Positions 38,791 through 52,567 of a stretch of DNA of 64,000 nucleotides are shown piece after piece. The translations under genes and the position numbers were made by a program. The notes under the pieces were generated by a model that worked only from the letters and a program-made list of their open reading frames with translations, did not search any database and was not told where the DNA came from. Source of the stretch: Gnetum montanum (taxonomy: Eukaryota; Plantae; Gnetophyta); assembly GCA_015680685.1 (NCBI GenBank), contig MNCI01002989.1, forward strand, positions 839,706-903,705. Reading direction: 5' to 3'. The first letter of the stretch is position 1. Each line of letters begins with the position of its first letter.

Positions 38791-41700
38791 TTTGAATTTT
38801 ATTTGATGAACTATTACATTAGACCTATATCCTTCTAAGATTTAGGCTTAGCTACATAGCCTCAAACTAGATATAATTATAGTTAGTAATGGTATAACTC
38901 ATAACTTTTTTCTTTTCTAGAGTGAGGGATAGGGATGTGGGATGGTGTTGGGCCCTTAAATCAAAACATTTAACTATAAGTATTTAGAAAATATATCTAA
39001 CACCATATTTAGGTAGAACTTGGTAAAATATGAAAGTTAATCTAGAAGCATGATTTTAACTTGGAATCTTTTTACTGCTTAATATTTGTTGGAAAAAGTA
39101 AGGAAGAAGTTCTCATAAGCATAATTAGATTTTTGATTTGATCATTCTAATTTTTGTTATACATTCTAACGAATATATCTTGAATGTACTCATAGTCAAA
39201 TTGTTCCAAGTTGTAATGCCTTGCCCTCCTTTCTGTTGTTACATTCTATTTAAGTTCATTGACATAAATAAAGATACTTTAGAAGAACTTAAGTAGTATA
39301 GAACAATATCTTAGCATAGCCTTTGGGATCAAAATTAGACAAAAGGACCTCTTCTTCCTTCTTGACCTACCTTCCCCACCAAATCCCTACCTCCATTGTT
39401 ACCAATAACAAGAACATGATTTTTTATAAAAGTGAGTTGTCCAAATTGAAACTTAATATTCATACCCTCACTTTAAATGGAGCCTAACTTATTATAAACT
39501 AAGAAGGATTTACCTATGCTCTCACTTGTACCACATAGAGAAGCTAGGTAAGGTATCTAAGATAACTTAAAATACAAATCCAAAACATAAGTAAAGTTTA
39601 AAGTTATAGGCCATAAACTTGTTTAGTATTGCTAAGCTATAACCCAGTCACTATATTGTTCCAAGAAAATCTGATTTGTTGGTCCACAATTTTCCATTTT
39701 CCATGTATATGGTAAAATAATCTTCAAAAAGCTATTCAAGCAAGCATTTACACTTTTTTACTTTAACCTGGTTTCTTTTATTCAAAACTCTTAATTGAAA
39801 AATATAATTATTTATATATCCTTAACCCAACAAACTGGTTCCGTACTTCAGTTAGTTTTTGGGGAGTGCCAATTCTCACCCAATTATATTTATACCCATT
39901 CAGGAACAGCACAGAACTTACCAGAATTTTCAAATTGCACAATTTTCTAACAATGGTGGAAAAGGAACGCAGAAAGTCTACTTCTGATGAAAGCTTACCA
40001 TCATCTTTCTCATTGCCGCCGGATTATAAGCTTCCTTTCCTCATTGAAGTAGTAATGCGAGATTGTGCCCAGAATGACATGAAAATCACAGAACCACATT
40101 GTCAGAAATTTGAAGAGAATGTATCAGAGAAGGCAGCTGATAATGAGAGTGCTTTTGGTGAAGTTGCAGGGACCTGTAGCAAGATGATAATTCTGATGAA
40201 TGTAAGGAGGAAGAGAAACTAGATCAAAAGGTGGTAATTGAAGTGATTTCATGGATGAAGGAAAGATAGATCACTTGGATCAGGGAGGCCACAGGGGTTC
40301 CATTCTGAGAAAGTCTATCTACAATAGGAATGAAGATAAAGATAATTATGATGACGATAGAGATGAGAACGATCAGAGTTACTATGCATCCCTAAAAACT
40401 AAACACATAGTCAAAGGCAAAGCTGTGTGTATTAAGGGAGAAACAAAGAGGGGTTCTTAAATGAAGAGTCTTACCACTAGGTTAATGCTTTATTATTTGA
40501 ATTTTATTTGAGGAACTATTATATTAGACCTATATCCTTCTAAGGTTTAGGCTTAGCTACATAACCTCAAGATAGATATAATCATAGTTAGCGATGTGGT
40601 AGCTTAAGTTTTTTCTTTTTTAGAGTAGGGGAGAGGAATATGGGATGGTGTTAGACCCACAAATCAAAACATTCAACTATAAGAATAATAGAAAATATAC
40701 TTAACACCATATTTAGGTAGCACTTAAAGTAAAACATAAAAGTTACTCTAGAAGCATGATTTTAACTTGGCATTTTTTTGTTAGAAAAATTAAGTAAGCC
40801 ATTTCTCATTAACATAATCAGACATTCAATTCAACAATTTTAATTTTTGTTATACATTTTAATGAATATATCTTGAATATACTCATAGTCAAATTGTTTC
40901 AAGTTCTAATGTTGTGTCCCCCTCCCAGGGATTGCATTCTGCTTAAGTTTGTTGATATAAAATAAATATACATTTGGATAACTTAATTAGTATAGAACAA
41001 TATCTTAGCATAAGCTTTAGGATCAAACTTAGAAGAAAGACCTCCTTCCTGCTTCTTGCCCCACCCTCCCTACTAAACGCTCACTCCCATTGGTACCAAT
41101 GACAAGAATATGATTCCTTATAAAAGTGACCTGTCCAAATTGAAACTTAATATACATATCCTCACTTTAAATAGTACCTAACCTGTTACAAACTAAGCAA
41201 AAGGGATTGACCTATGCTCTCATTGGTACCACAGATAAGCTAGTTAAGGTATCTAAGATAACTTAAAATACAAATCTAAAACATAAGTAAAGTTTGAAGT
41301 CATTCGCTATAAACTTGTTTAGTATTGCTGAGCTATAACCCAATCAGTCACTATATGATTCCAAGAAAAATCTGATTTTTATTAGTCCACAATTTTCCAT
41401 TTTCCTGTAAAAGAATGGCCATGACGGTACCCAAGCAAGCATTTACACCATTTACACTTTTTTACTTTAACACAGTTTCTTTTATTCAAAACTTTTAATT
41501 GAAAAATATAAATTATATATATATATACCCTTGTCTCAACCAAATGGTTAGATACTACAATCAGTTTTTGGAGAGCACCAAGTCACACCCAGTTATATTT
41601 ATACCCATTCAAGAACACCACAGAACTTACAAGAATTTTCAGATTACACGTTTCTCTAACAATGGTGGAAGGGAAAAGCAAAAAGTCTGCTGCTTCTGAT

Positions 41701-42140
41701 GAAGCTTTCCCATTATCTTTCTCATTGCCAGCCGATTATAGGCTTCCTTTTCTCATTGAAATAGCAATCCGAGATTATGCCGAGAATGGCAGCAAATCGC
41801 AGAACCCCATCGTCAGATATTTGAACATAATTCTGAATCAAAGAGGGTAAATGATAATGATAATGCTTTTTATAAAGTTGTAGAGGATCTGCAGGAAGAT
41901 GATATTTATGATGAATGTAAGGAGGAAGAGAATTAGATCAAAATGTGGATAGATCAGTTGGATCAAGGAGGCCACAGGGTTTTCATTCTGAGAGAATCTA
42001 GCTACAACAGGATGAAGACAAAGATAGTTGTGATGACGATGGAGATGAGAATGATCAGAGTTAGTATGCATCACCGAAAACTAAACACAGTCAAAGAAAA
42101 AGCTGTGGGTATTAAGAGAGAAATAAAGAGGGGCTTCTAA
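38752..42140 (+). repeat. ~1.7 kb tandem duplication (38752-40456 / 40457-42140)
   Basis: Both units begin TTAAATGAAGAGTC and are collinear through the promoter and coding 5' part. Confidence 0.92.
39953..40460 (+). pseudogene. C2H2/EAR family copy 1, truncated immediately before the zinc finger
   Basis: MVEKERRKSTSDESLPSSFSLPPDYKLPFLIEVVMRDCAQN...KGETKRGS*. Collinear with 41662-42140, with internal stops. Confidence 0.75.
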
Positions 42141-42275
42141 TGTCATAAATGGGGTAAGGAGTTTCGATCTGGTCAGGCTATGGGTCGTCATCAAAGAGTC
42201 CATTCCACTGATTTAAATGCAGTCCCTCACAAGGAGCTCCCCTCTGACCTTCATGATTTGGATTACATTGCTTAA
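41662..42275 (+). pseudogene. Q-type C2H2 zinc-finger/EAR repressor pseudogene (single finger, ZAT/ZFP-like)
   Basis: 42141-42275 reads CHKWGKEFRSGQAMGRHQRVHSTDLNAVPHKELPSDLHDLDYIA*, in frame behind the TAA ending ORF 41943-42140. This is a QALGGH-like finger with the second Cys changed to Trp, plus a DLN EAR motif. Frameshifts upstream. Confidence 0.85.
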
Positions 42276-42343
42276 TTATCAGGTTAGTTATACACAACAG
42301 TTAGGGATTAATTATCAGGTTAGTTATACACAACAGTTAGGGA
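42272..42343. repeat. 36 bp perfect tandem duplication (a 26 bp one at 42487-42538)
   Basis: TTAATTATCAGGTTAGTTATACACAACAGTTAGGGA x2; TTTCTCATAGCTTTAAATGTTCTTTG x2. Confidence 0.95.
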
Positions 42344-43399
42344 TTGTTGTTTTATTTTTTTCTTTGTTGTTGTTTACCTTTGTTTTAAGTTTTGATTTTA
42401 CATGTCTTTTTCCTCTTCCCCTCTTAATTTATTTAAAAGTGCACTTGTCCCTACTCTTAGAGTGAATTTTCTCTGAATATCTCCAATTTCTCATAGCTTT
42501 AAATGTTCTTTGTTTCTCATAGCTTTAAATGTTCTTTGTTTCTTAGTAGGGATGCTTGGATGTTGATGGTTGCATGAGACCATATAATAGGTTTTTTTTT
42601 TTGAAATGGATTTTCAATTTTTCATCCTTAACAATAAAGGTCCTTTGAAAAATGAATAGCTTTGACTACACTTGGGCTCTTTATTTTGGTTAAGTATTAA
42701 ATGGGGTTGGTCGTGTGGAATTTTGTGGTTTGACTCTTAATCTAGTAATCTTTTACTACTAACTTAAATGGAATAAGTTTAGTGCTATTTGTATTTCAAG
42801 TTTTTAGATGTTAAATTGCTATCCCCCTCATGTTACAATGTTAACTAGAATATGTTCATTATTGTATCATTATATTTTGAATTTTAATTATAAAAAGTTG
42901 AATGTATTCTTATTCCTTTCTAAAATTATCAAGGTAGACAGAGTAGTGAATCTTAGTATCTACAACCAAGATATCTACATTTTATTTTTTACATGAGTAC
43001 ATGGGGATAAATATTTCATTCAAATAATATAGTTGCATGATTACATGGTAATGAAATAAATACTCATTCTTTATATTGTTAGTATGTTCATTATATTTTG
43101 GACTAATGATGCTTAATTTTACTATACTACCTTAATTCTACTAATAGCTAAATATCAATAAGATGTTATAGATAACTTTATAATTTAAAAAATATTACTA
43201 CTTGATAAAGCATTACATTTATTTTTTAAAGGCATCATATATCCACTATACTTGGAAGTTAATAGTAATAAGGATTTATTATTATTATTATTATTATTTT
43301 GGTTTTAGCCATTTAAAATTTTTTTAGGTAACTAAGATAAATTTTAACATAAAATGTACATTTAAAATTTAAAAGGTAATTTATCATGTTATGATCAAG

Positions 43400-44620
43400 A
43401 CAACAATGGATATATTGGCTAAAGCACTTTAACAATTCAATTACCATGATATTGCATTTGATAGAGGTCAAAGACTAAGGCTAAAAGGTGTAGAAATTTT
43501 TTTAAATTATTAACCTCTATTTCTTATTGGTTTCAAACACTTCAAGGCAACATATTTGAGGAAAATTTATGAAGGTTTCTTAACACTATTATATATATAT
43601 GCTATAAAAGGTTTCAAATTTACTAAATTGAAACTTTGTTAAGTTTGTAGACCCTCTAGATCTAGTAAATAGTAGACATAAACATGTTATGTATTTTGAA
43701 AATATCATTAAAAATTACCAATTATTCTTGATAACATTTGAAACAAATCAGCCAAAATTTATAGTTTATTGGTTTACAAAATGTTGTAGGTAGAATACCA
43801 ATTAATATATAATAGAATTTAATTATAAGAAAGCTTTTAAAATTTTGAGGGATCTATTAAATAGAAAAAAAACATTAAAAGTTTCGATCTAATTATTTTA
43901 AAATATTAAAGCATGTATTCTCTTTAATTTTTTGTGCTACTAAAAAATTATTCAATGCCAACATCAAGATGTATAAATGACAACTTCAACATGTGTAATA
44001 TTTGAACTATTCTCATTACCATAAAAAATTGTATTTTGCTAAAATATTTTGGAAGAAAATAAAGCTTAAAGTTATCTGGTTATTGAAGAAAGAGCTTGTT
44101 GCACATCATGTCTTTTTAAAGCAATGGTAATATTAAATTAGTAATGTGATTTCTTTTTCTACAAATTGCATATTTTTTTCTATCCAGTATTTTTATAAGT
44201 TTTTTTTTTCATTTCCCTACACTTTTCAAAATCTATTTCTTTCTCAAAATATCTATTCCTTGCTTGAAACTATTAAAATCAAAGTAAAATGTTGATGTAT
44301 TATTTTAAAACCATACATAATTTTCATAGTCTTGTAAATTTGAATATAGAACAATTTCATTGTATAGTTGTAGAGGAGGCTCAAGTTAGAAAGAAATGAC
44401 ATTGAACAATAGGTGTAGAAGAAGTAGAGAATTCTAATTGTTATTAATTCTAAAACTTGATAAAAAGTAAATTTTAATGCATTTAATTTACCGATTGGTT
44501 ATGTAAAAATTAAAATAAAACTAGAAAATAATTTATGTAAGATAAAGTAACAATGGCACTAAGCATGAACATTTAAATCCAAGTTTTAACTTCTAATTTT
44601 TCATTTTTCCTTTGAAGTTG
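43400..44620 (-). mobile_element. Possible 3' part of L1 ORF2 (very decayed)
   Basis: Faint order of post-RT motifs (YLGxPL-like ~44560, LEPPLQLYNEI, YVWF). Same strand as the L1 endonuclease upstream. Confidence 0.3.
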
Positions 44621-46112
44621 AAGTGGATATAATTTTAACATATCTCTTGGTTTTTCAAATCTCTCCTTGGAAAAATATTTTATAAACATATCTACAAGTT
44701 CTTCTTTGGTATTGCATCAAGATATTTCATGAAAACATGAGATCAAAAGGTTTCTTATCTATGTCATGTTCATGCATAACAATCTAGTCATAAAGATACT
44801 AAAAATTTTCATTTTGTATTGTACTCTTCATGTATATGGTTAAGACTTGATCTCAGTAGAGCTACTTGAAGCATAGATGGTGTTGAAAAATTTAGTGATA
44901 AGACAACGTCACCTTGTAAGTCTCTCCATATAAGTTATTCATCTTAGTAGAAAGTGAATGTAAAATCAAGATAATAAGGATCCACATGAGCATATGATAT
45001 TCAAGTTTACATAAGTCCACTCCAGTTTTCTTCATTATAATTTCTGTGATTGTTCTCACTAAAGTCAATAGTAGGTGGAGTTTTCACATTCTTAGTAGAA
45101 GCCATTTTGAGTTAGTTAATATTGAAGTGTGTATTTTTCAGAAAGTATTACAAGCGCTAAAAGATAGGGTTAAAAATACTTGATATACTAAAATATGATA
45201 AACTTAATTAACTAGTAAACATTCACACATCCCTAACAATGGAACCAATGATGAGTAGTGAGAATCTCAACATTCAACCATACAAGTTAGAAGTATTCAT
45301 GTGTGACTAGGTCATAATCCATAGATGGATAATGTAAGTATACTATTAACTTAATAATAAGTTCTTGATCATTATCATCTTCTTACTAGAGTTAGCAAAG
45401 TGCAAAGTGTATGATTCAAATTTTAATGAGGTGTATGATTAGTTATTATTGTGTGGCTCTATGCATGCTAATAGGAAACATAGTGAATAATGACTATGAG
45501 TTCATTTAATCAAAGACAAAAAAAAGAAAGAAATATAAAGCTATTCTAGCCTGTTGTTGACAATTGTTTATTCTTGGCTTATCATACATGTCCTGGGCTA
45601 ATGTAATTATTACTAGGATTACCAAGTAACTTTCTTATTGAGGAAATCAAGTAGATTTACTACTAGAGTACCAAATAATTACACTTTATGCTTGAAACCA
45701 GTCATACTTATTCCATCAATATTAACAAACATTAGATAGTAAATGACTTACGAAATGTAACTAACAATGTAAAAGTAAATAACATGGAAATGTAAGTCTA
45801 TTCTATGTGAGATGTTGCCATGGTAAAGGTTAATCCAAATCTTTATTGTCATTCAAAAATTATATACAAGAATAATCCACTAAAATAAAGATGTCAAACA
45901 AATGTAGTTTACTACACTACATGCATTGAAAACAAACCCTAACTTCACAAAAACAAACTATAAGAATTTTACTAAGTATTGATAAAAATGTGTCTCTTGA
46001 TGTAATAGTGGGCTTGTATTTATAGGTATGACCATGGCCTACTACATCATATCTATGACATTTTATATTAAGGTATAATATCACATCTATGATATCATAG
46101 TCTATTGCATCA
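44620..46112 (-). mobile_element. Element D: truncated, old Athila-type element (5' LTR 45249-46112, PBS, start of gag)
   Basis: TGATGAG...CATCA LTR collinear with the A/C LTRs. Decayed PBS TGGTTCCATTGTTAGGGAT at 45229-47. Candidate ATG ~45105. Confidence 0.75.
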
Positions 46113-46335
46113 ATGATTTTATCAAAACTTAATTCTTTCCTTTTATAAATTTAAAAATTTCTTACAATGTTCATCTTCAATTTTTAGCAAACCAATGTGA
46201 CTTTTGGTGATAGAACTTTTAGCTTCAAAAGCATCTCAACATTGTTTATTATAATGAGATTTAGCCAAGGCTTTTTGAGTTTCAAAATCAAAGGATTCTA
46301 GTAGATCGCTGCCACCAATTAATCCAACCAATATC

Positions 46336-46375
<40 letters not shown>

Positions 46376-47289
46376 ATTTCATAAGAGTTCATAATATTTT
46401 TTCTTTTGTGTTGTCTGAACATATTAGCATTCATTGTAAGAATTTTTTTTTTGTAAAACATTGATCAAAACATGCATCTAACCAAATTGCATAAAATCAT
46501 TGAAATGTAGAAATAAATTGAAAACTAACCTCTAGCCATTGATGCTCTCATTTGGACTATGTGAATGTGTTTAGAGAGTGTCTTGGATTTTTCTATCATA
46601 CTAATGCTCAACAACAATGGTGTATGTGAACTCTAAGTGTTTGTGATAGGGACCAAAATTGTAGCACTATTGTGAGTTTGATATCCTCTATTGCCAGATT
46701 ATTCTCCCATTAAGAAAATTTTATAGGCTAGAAAACTAGTTACCAAGGATTAACTTTTGGGAAATATGAGACCATTCTTGTGAAAATTGTTACAAAAAAT
46801 TTAGTTGGTTTCAAATTTAAACTATTTTTTTTCTATAACATGTAAACTGTTATATTGTAATTTTTCATAACGCGTAAACGATTACATTGAAATCGTTTGT
46901 TTTCCATAACATGTAAATGATTACATTGAAACTTTTCATAATGAAAAATGGTTACATTGAAACTTTCCATAATGTGTAAACATGAATCATTCTCCCACTT
47001 GGTCTTCATATTTAACCTAAAATCTAACTTAATAAATAAACACATGAATCATGACAATAGTTCTTCTAAATGTGAGTATTATCTTCCATGTATTATAATG
47101 TATTATTTCTCACACTTAATTCCTTATTTGGTAACTAAACTTTATGAATAAGCCCAATGTTTATTCTAGGTCTTTCCATATGTGAATTTTATCTATTAAT
47201 TGTATGCACAAATTGAATATGAGTAAACATCAAAACTGAATAAGAGTTTCATTAAGATTATAAAATCTTATGTGCAGACCCAACATTCC

Positions 47290-50018
47290 CTGATATCTAC
47301 CCAACATTCCCATAGCAAATGCAATGTTAGGTCTTGTGCAAACCTGATCATACATTAGGCTTCCAACAACTAAAGCATATAGAATGTTGCTCATTTTCCT
47401 TTCCTCTAAATTATTCTTGGGGCACTGGTTCAAATTGAATTTGTTACCCTTCACAATGGGTATTATACTTGATGAACAATCTTTCATTTTAAACCTCTCT
47501 AAAACTTTATTAATATAGGTTTCCTGTGATAGTCCCAGAATACATCTAGATCTATCCCTATGGATCTTAATGCTAATGACATAAGATTCCTCACCCATAT
47601 CCTTCATGCCTAAGTTCTTAGAGAGAAATTGTTTCACCTCATATAGAAATCCATTATCATTGGTTGCAAGAAGGATATCATCCACATATAAGACAAGAAA
47701 TTTTTTTTTGCTCCCACTGACCTTTTGGTATATACATTGATCCATGGTGTTTTCTTTAAAACCAAATGAAGTGATGACATCATGGAATTTTAAATAACAT
47801 TGATTAGAGGCATCTTTCAACCATATATGGATTTCTTGAGCTTGCATACCAATTTTTGATCACCACTAGAGGAAAATCCTTCAGGTTGTTTCATATAAAT
47901 CGCTTTTTCTAGATCACCATTGAGGAATGTCATTTTCACATCCATCTAATGTAATTCGAAATCAAAATGGGCAACCAATGTCATAATCACACGAAGGGAG
48001 TCCTTCTTAGATATAGGAGAGAAGGTCTCTTTGTAATATATTCCCTCTCTCTAAGTGAATCATTTAGCAACAAGTACGTCCTTATATCTTTCAATGTTTT
48101 CTACTGAGCCTTTCTTTGTCTTGAAGACCCATTTGCATCCAATGGCTTTTACACCATTAGGAAACTTGACAAGATCCTAGACTCCATTAGATGACATAGA
48201 GTTCATCTAATCTTTCTTAGCATCATAGCACAAGTTAGATTTATTACAATTCATGACTGTAAAAAATGTTTTGGGATCATTTTTGGCTCCTATGCTATAG
48301 TCAAACTTTTGTAGATACGCTATATAGTTACTAGGAATCACTTATTGCCTTATTAGAGTAGATCTCCTTAATTTTGATTCATCATTATCTTGAGGAGCAT
48401 GCTATTCAATAGCCTATTCAACAAGTTCTAGTATTTGTTGTTTAGCTGGATTTACTGCTTCTTTGATTAGTAGTCTGTGAAACTTTAATGATTGATTGTT
48501 GTTCATCATGAATTTGTGCTCTAGGAGTGTTGTGTATAATAATCAATCTATCACTTGAAGTTGAGGGTTGAGCATTTGCATGATCTTTTTTAGGAATAGT
48601 ATTCTAGGATCAATTGCTTCCACTAATCAAGTCATTCTCAAGAAATCTAGCATCCATTGATTCCACAAACCTAGTAGTATGTGATGGACAATAACATCTA
48701 TATACCTTAAATTGTTTGGCATATCCAACAAAATACCCACTTATAGTCCTTGGGTCTACCTTCTTTTCTTGTGGATTATAGACTCTTACTTCAGACAAAC
48801 ATCTCCAAATGCATATATGTCACAAACTTGATTTCCAACCTTTCCATAATTCAAATGATTTCTTTGAGATTTCCTTGATTGGAACTCGGTTTAATATATA
48901 CATAGTCATTTTGAGAGCCTCAGTCCACAATGATCTAGAAAGCTTGGAGTTGCTAAGCATACTTTGCACCATGTCCGACAATGTTCAGTTTCTTCTCTCT
49001 ACCACACCATTTTGTTTTGGAAAACTAGGCATAGTGTACTAGGCAACAATCCCATGCTCTTGAAGAAACTTAGCAAATGGATGAGCTCTTATCCATCATT
49101 AATGTATCTACCATAGTATTCACCACCTATATTAGACTTCACTATCTTTATTTACTTACCACACTATTTCTTTACTTCAGCCTTAAACATTGTAAAGGCA
49201 TCTAAAGCTTTGTTCTTGTTATGAAGCAAGTAGAGATACATATATCATGAGTAATCATTAATAAAATCAATGAAATACTTTTGACCATATGTATCCATAT
49301 CTAGACTACAAATATCTATATGTATGATCTCTAATATGTCTGAACTCCTCTTGGCACCTTTCTTTGACATATTGATATGCTTTCTCTTTATGCAGTCCAC
49401 ACAAGTATCAAAGTCAATAAAATATAGAGTACTAAGTACTCCATCATTTACTAATATCTTTATTCTCTCAATAGAGATATGTCCTAATCTACGATGCCAC
49501 AACATAGAGGATTCCTCATTCATAACACATCTTTTAATCCTAGCACTATCATGAACATGCATAGAAGCATAAGAAGTTTTATTTTGTAAACTAATTTTGA
49601 CAAGACCATATGTTAATGTACCATTTCCAATAAGTTCAGATCTATAATATAAACTGAATATAGTGTCTAAAAAATTAAAGGAAAATTTCAATGATATAAG
49701 CCTCAAAATAGAAATTAAATTCCTCAAAAAACTTCAAATATAAAATGTATTTTCCAACTCTAAAACAAAGCCACTACTTTAAACTAATTTGCTTGTTTCA
49801 ACTACCTCCACATGTGAGTGCATCCTGTTGCCTAAATAGATGCACAACCCACTTCCCTTTGGTTTCCTTAGGTTTTGTATCCCTTGTAAGGAATTAGTAA
49901 CATGGATTGTAGAACTAGAGTCAATCCACCATGTGTTATGGCCAACATCAACCATATTAGATTCAAAACAAACAAGTGAGAATTGAGGAATTTCACATTT
50001 AAAATTGGAGTAGTTCAT
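47290..50018 (-). pseudogene. pol of the copia element (PR, INT, RT; disrupted)
   Basis: ORFs 49779-50018, 49245-49727, 48610-48798 and 47230-47847. Confidence 0.9.
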
Positions 50019-50745
50019 AGGTCGTATTATTGCATAAATTAAAACATGCTTATGCCACTAATTTTGAGGTTAAAATACTATATGACATGTTTACCAATAT
50101 AAATCATGCATAAAATATGAATCAAATGACATAAAAATTTCTTGTGGGCTAAATTTTTAATTCAAACAGATTCATACATCCTTATGATAAAATTATTAAA
50201 TTATATCCCTTTTCTTAATCCTTGTGGGTAAATTAAAAAATATAATATAATACATCATCCTAATTAATCATATTAAATATAATAAAAATTCAAATAGGAA
50301 AAAATATATTATATCACATATGATTAATAACAGTTTAATGTTTATTTACAATATGTGATCCAAAATTATTAATATATAATTTTGCATAATTAAAGATACT
50401 ATGGCCACTCTCTAATTATACAAAATTTTATAAATCGCTAGTCATTTATTTTTATGTAGAAAAATATTTTCCTAATGGATATATCAATATGTCACTTTAT
50501 AAATATATACAAAATTAATTATGCATAAAATAAATTATCAAATTCTAACATTCCTTAAGAAATATGGTATTTAATAAACATAACTTTATTTTAAAAATAT
50601 TGATCAATAAGCAACTTTATGCATAATTTTCCAAAGAACTTTATGGGATTCATTCATCTATTAGTTTCCATTAAAACCTTCAAACCATTAAATCAACCAA
50701 GGGTCCTCATCAAAATCTCTATAGTGGCTTATGCATGCTTGCAGA

Positions 50746-50828
50746 TGAGCAAAAGCTTAACATTTAGGCTTTTCAAACTTGAGCAAAAGCCTGACATTTA
50801 GGCTTTTCAAACTTGAGCAAAAGCTTAG
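50746..50828. repeat. ~34 bp tandem repeat in the copia 5' leader
   Basis: TGAGCAAAAGCTTAACATTTAGGCTTTTCAAACT, about 2.4 copies. Confidence 0.85.
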
Positions 50829-52364
50829 CCTTTGGCATGACCTCCTTTTTCTACCATTTACACCTACTTAAACCTAAGCATTACTTGAGTAAATGACCAT
50901 CCTTTAGTCAATCCTAAATAAAACCCTAATATTTACCCAAGCTTCACTCAAATCCAAGAGATATATGAACAAAATCCGAAGCGTCTATGTTACATAGAGG
51001 TTGTGATACGAGGTTCCCATAAGCATCTATGTTACACGTGTAACCTTTTGAGAACCTTTTAGAAAATGTTTACTTGACATGCTACCTTAGGACAAGCATT
51101 GACAAGACACATGTACCCTTAGGATATGGTATACAATCCTTTGCAAGACTAAGACAAGCATTTTGGGATGTGTTTCAACAAAATGCTACCTTAGGAGATG
51201 CTTTTATATTGATATTGTGTGCATAGGGAAGGTAAGAGAACCAAAGTTTTATTTTAGAAACTAAACTTCTCTTAAAGAAGGAACATATGATAAATAAAGG
51301 CTAGTTCAAATTAACACTAGAATGGAATCTTCTAGCCTTCACCGATGTTTCTGTGGTAGAGTTATGGAAATGCAATCCATTTGTATTTATTCTAAATTCA
51401 CATAGCATAAATTTTTTTTTTACCAAAAAGCTTAGGATTGCATTTAAATATTTTGAATTCACAAATAAACAAAACTTAATAGATTCATATTTAATCAAAT
51501 GCTTTCCAATACTAAATTACATATCAAAGTCAGGGAAACCAATTGCAAAAATTTAAAACCATAGAAAAGTGAGAGACTACAACCACAATATGTAATCAGA
51601 AACATAGATAACTTAGAAATTGTACCAACAATGCCCTAAAATTGTCAACTAAATAGTTGCATAAAATTGTTGAAATCATTTTGGTTGAGCATCTTGGAAT
51701 TTGGTAGAATCCATAGGGCATTCATATCCTCACATACATTTTGGGGTATAGAAAACCCATGACAAAGTATATATTGCCAAATAAAGGACTAACAAAGAAA
51801 TTTCTAAAAATGATCATTTATCATGTTGTTGAAAGAAGAAACATGACCACCAAAATAGAGGAAATAATAACCCTAATTCTTCATATTTAAAAGGTTTGTA
51901 AACAACCTCTATAAAACAGTCTTGGAAGAACATGTAAGAAACCTCATTCAAACAAGTTTTAAGCATCAAGATAGAGACCTAACCACCTCCAATACCAAAT
52001 GTAAGAAAATTTTACTATAAAACATTATTCAAAACATGCATCTAACCAAATTACACAACATGATTGAAATGCAATAAACCAAAAACTAACCTCCAGCCAT
52101 TGATGCTCTCATTTGGATTACATGAATGTGTTTGAAAAGTGTTTTGGATTTTTCTATCACACTAATGCTCAACAACGATTGTGTATGTAGATTTAGAGTG
52201 TTTGTGATAGGGATCAAAATTGTAACACTTGATATCTTTTGGTGCCAATTTGTTCTTCCATCAAGAACATTTTAATCAATTATGAAGGATTAACTTTTGG
52301 GAAATATGAGATCATTCTTGTGAAATCTATTACAACAAATTTAGTTGATTTCAAATTTAAAATC

Positions 52365-52562
52365 GTTTGTTTTCCATAATGCATAAATGGTTACATTGTA
52401 ACCTTTCATAATGCGTAAATGGTTACATTGAAATTGTTTGTTTTCCATAATGCATAAACAGTTACATTGAAACTTTCCATAATGCATAAATGGTTACATT
52501 GAAACTTTTCATAACACATAAACTATTACATTGAAGATTTCCATAATGCATAAACAATTACA
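52365..52562. repeat. ~30 bp tandem array at the copia LTR 5' end (also ~46830-46985)
   Basis: Repeated GTTACATTGAAACTTTCCATAATGCATAAA units in both LTRs. Confidence 0.85.
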
Positions 52563-52567
52563 TTCAT

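Larger units (their letters stand above)
46435..52562 (-). mobile_element. Ty1/copia element (Ikeros/Angela-like) with gag and RNase H deletions
   Basis: LTRs 46435-46989 and 52000-52562, TSD TTCAT, Met-PBS (TGGTATTGGAG), PPT AAGTGGGAGAA. PR WWIDSSSTIHV, LWHRRLGHIS, INT, RT KVSGSKKKFLVLYVDDILLA. Confidence 0.92.
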
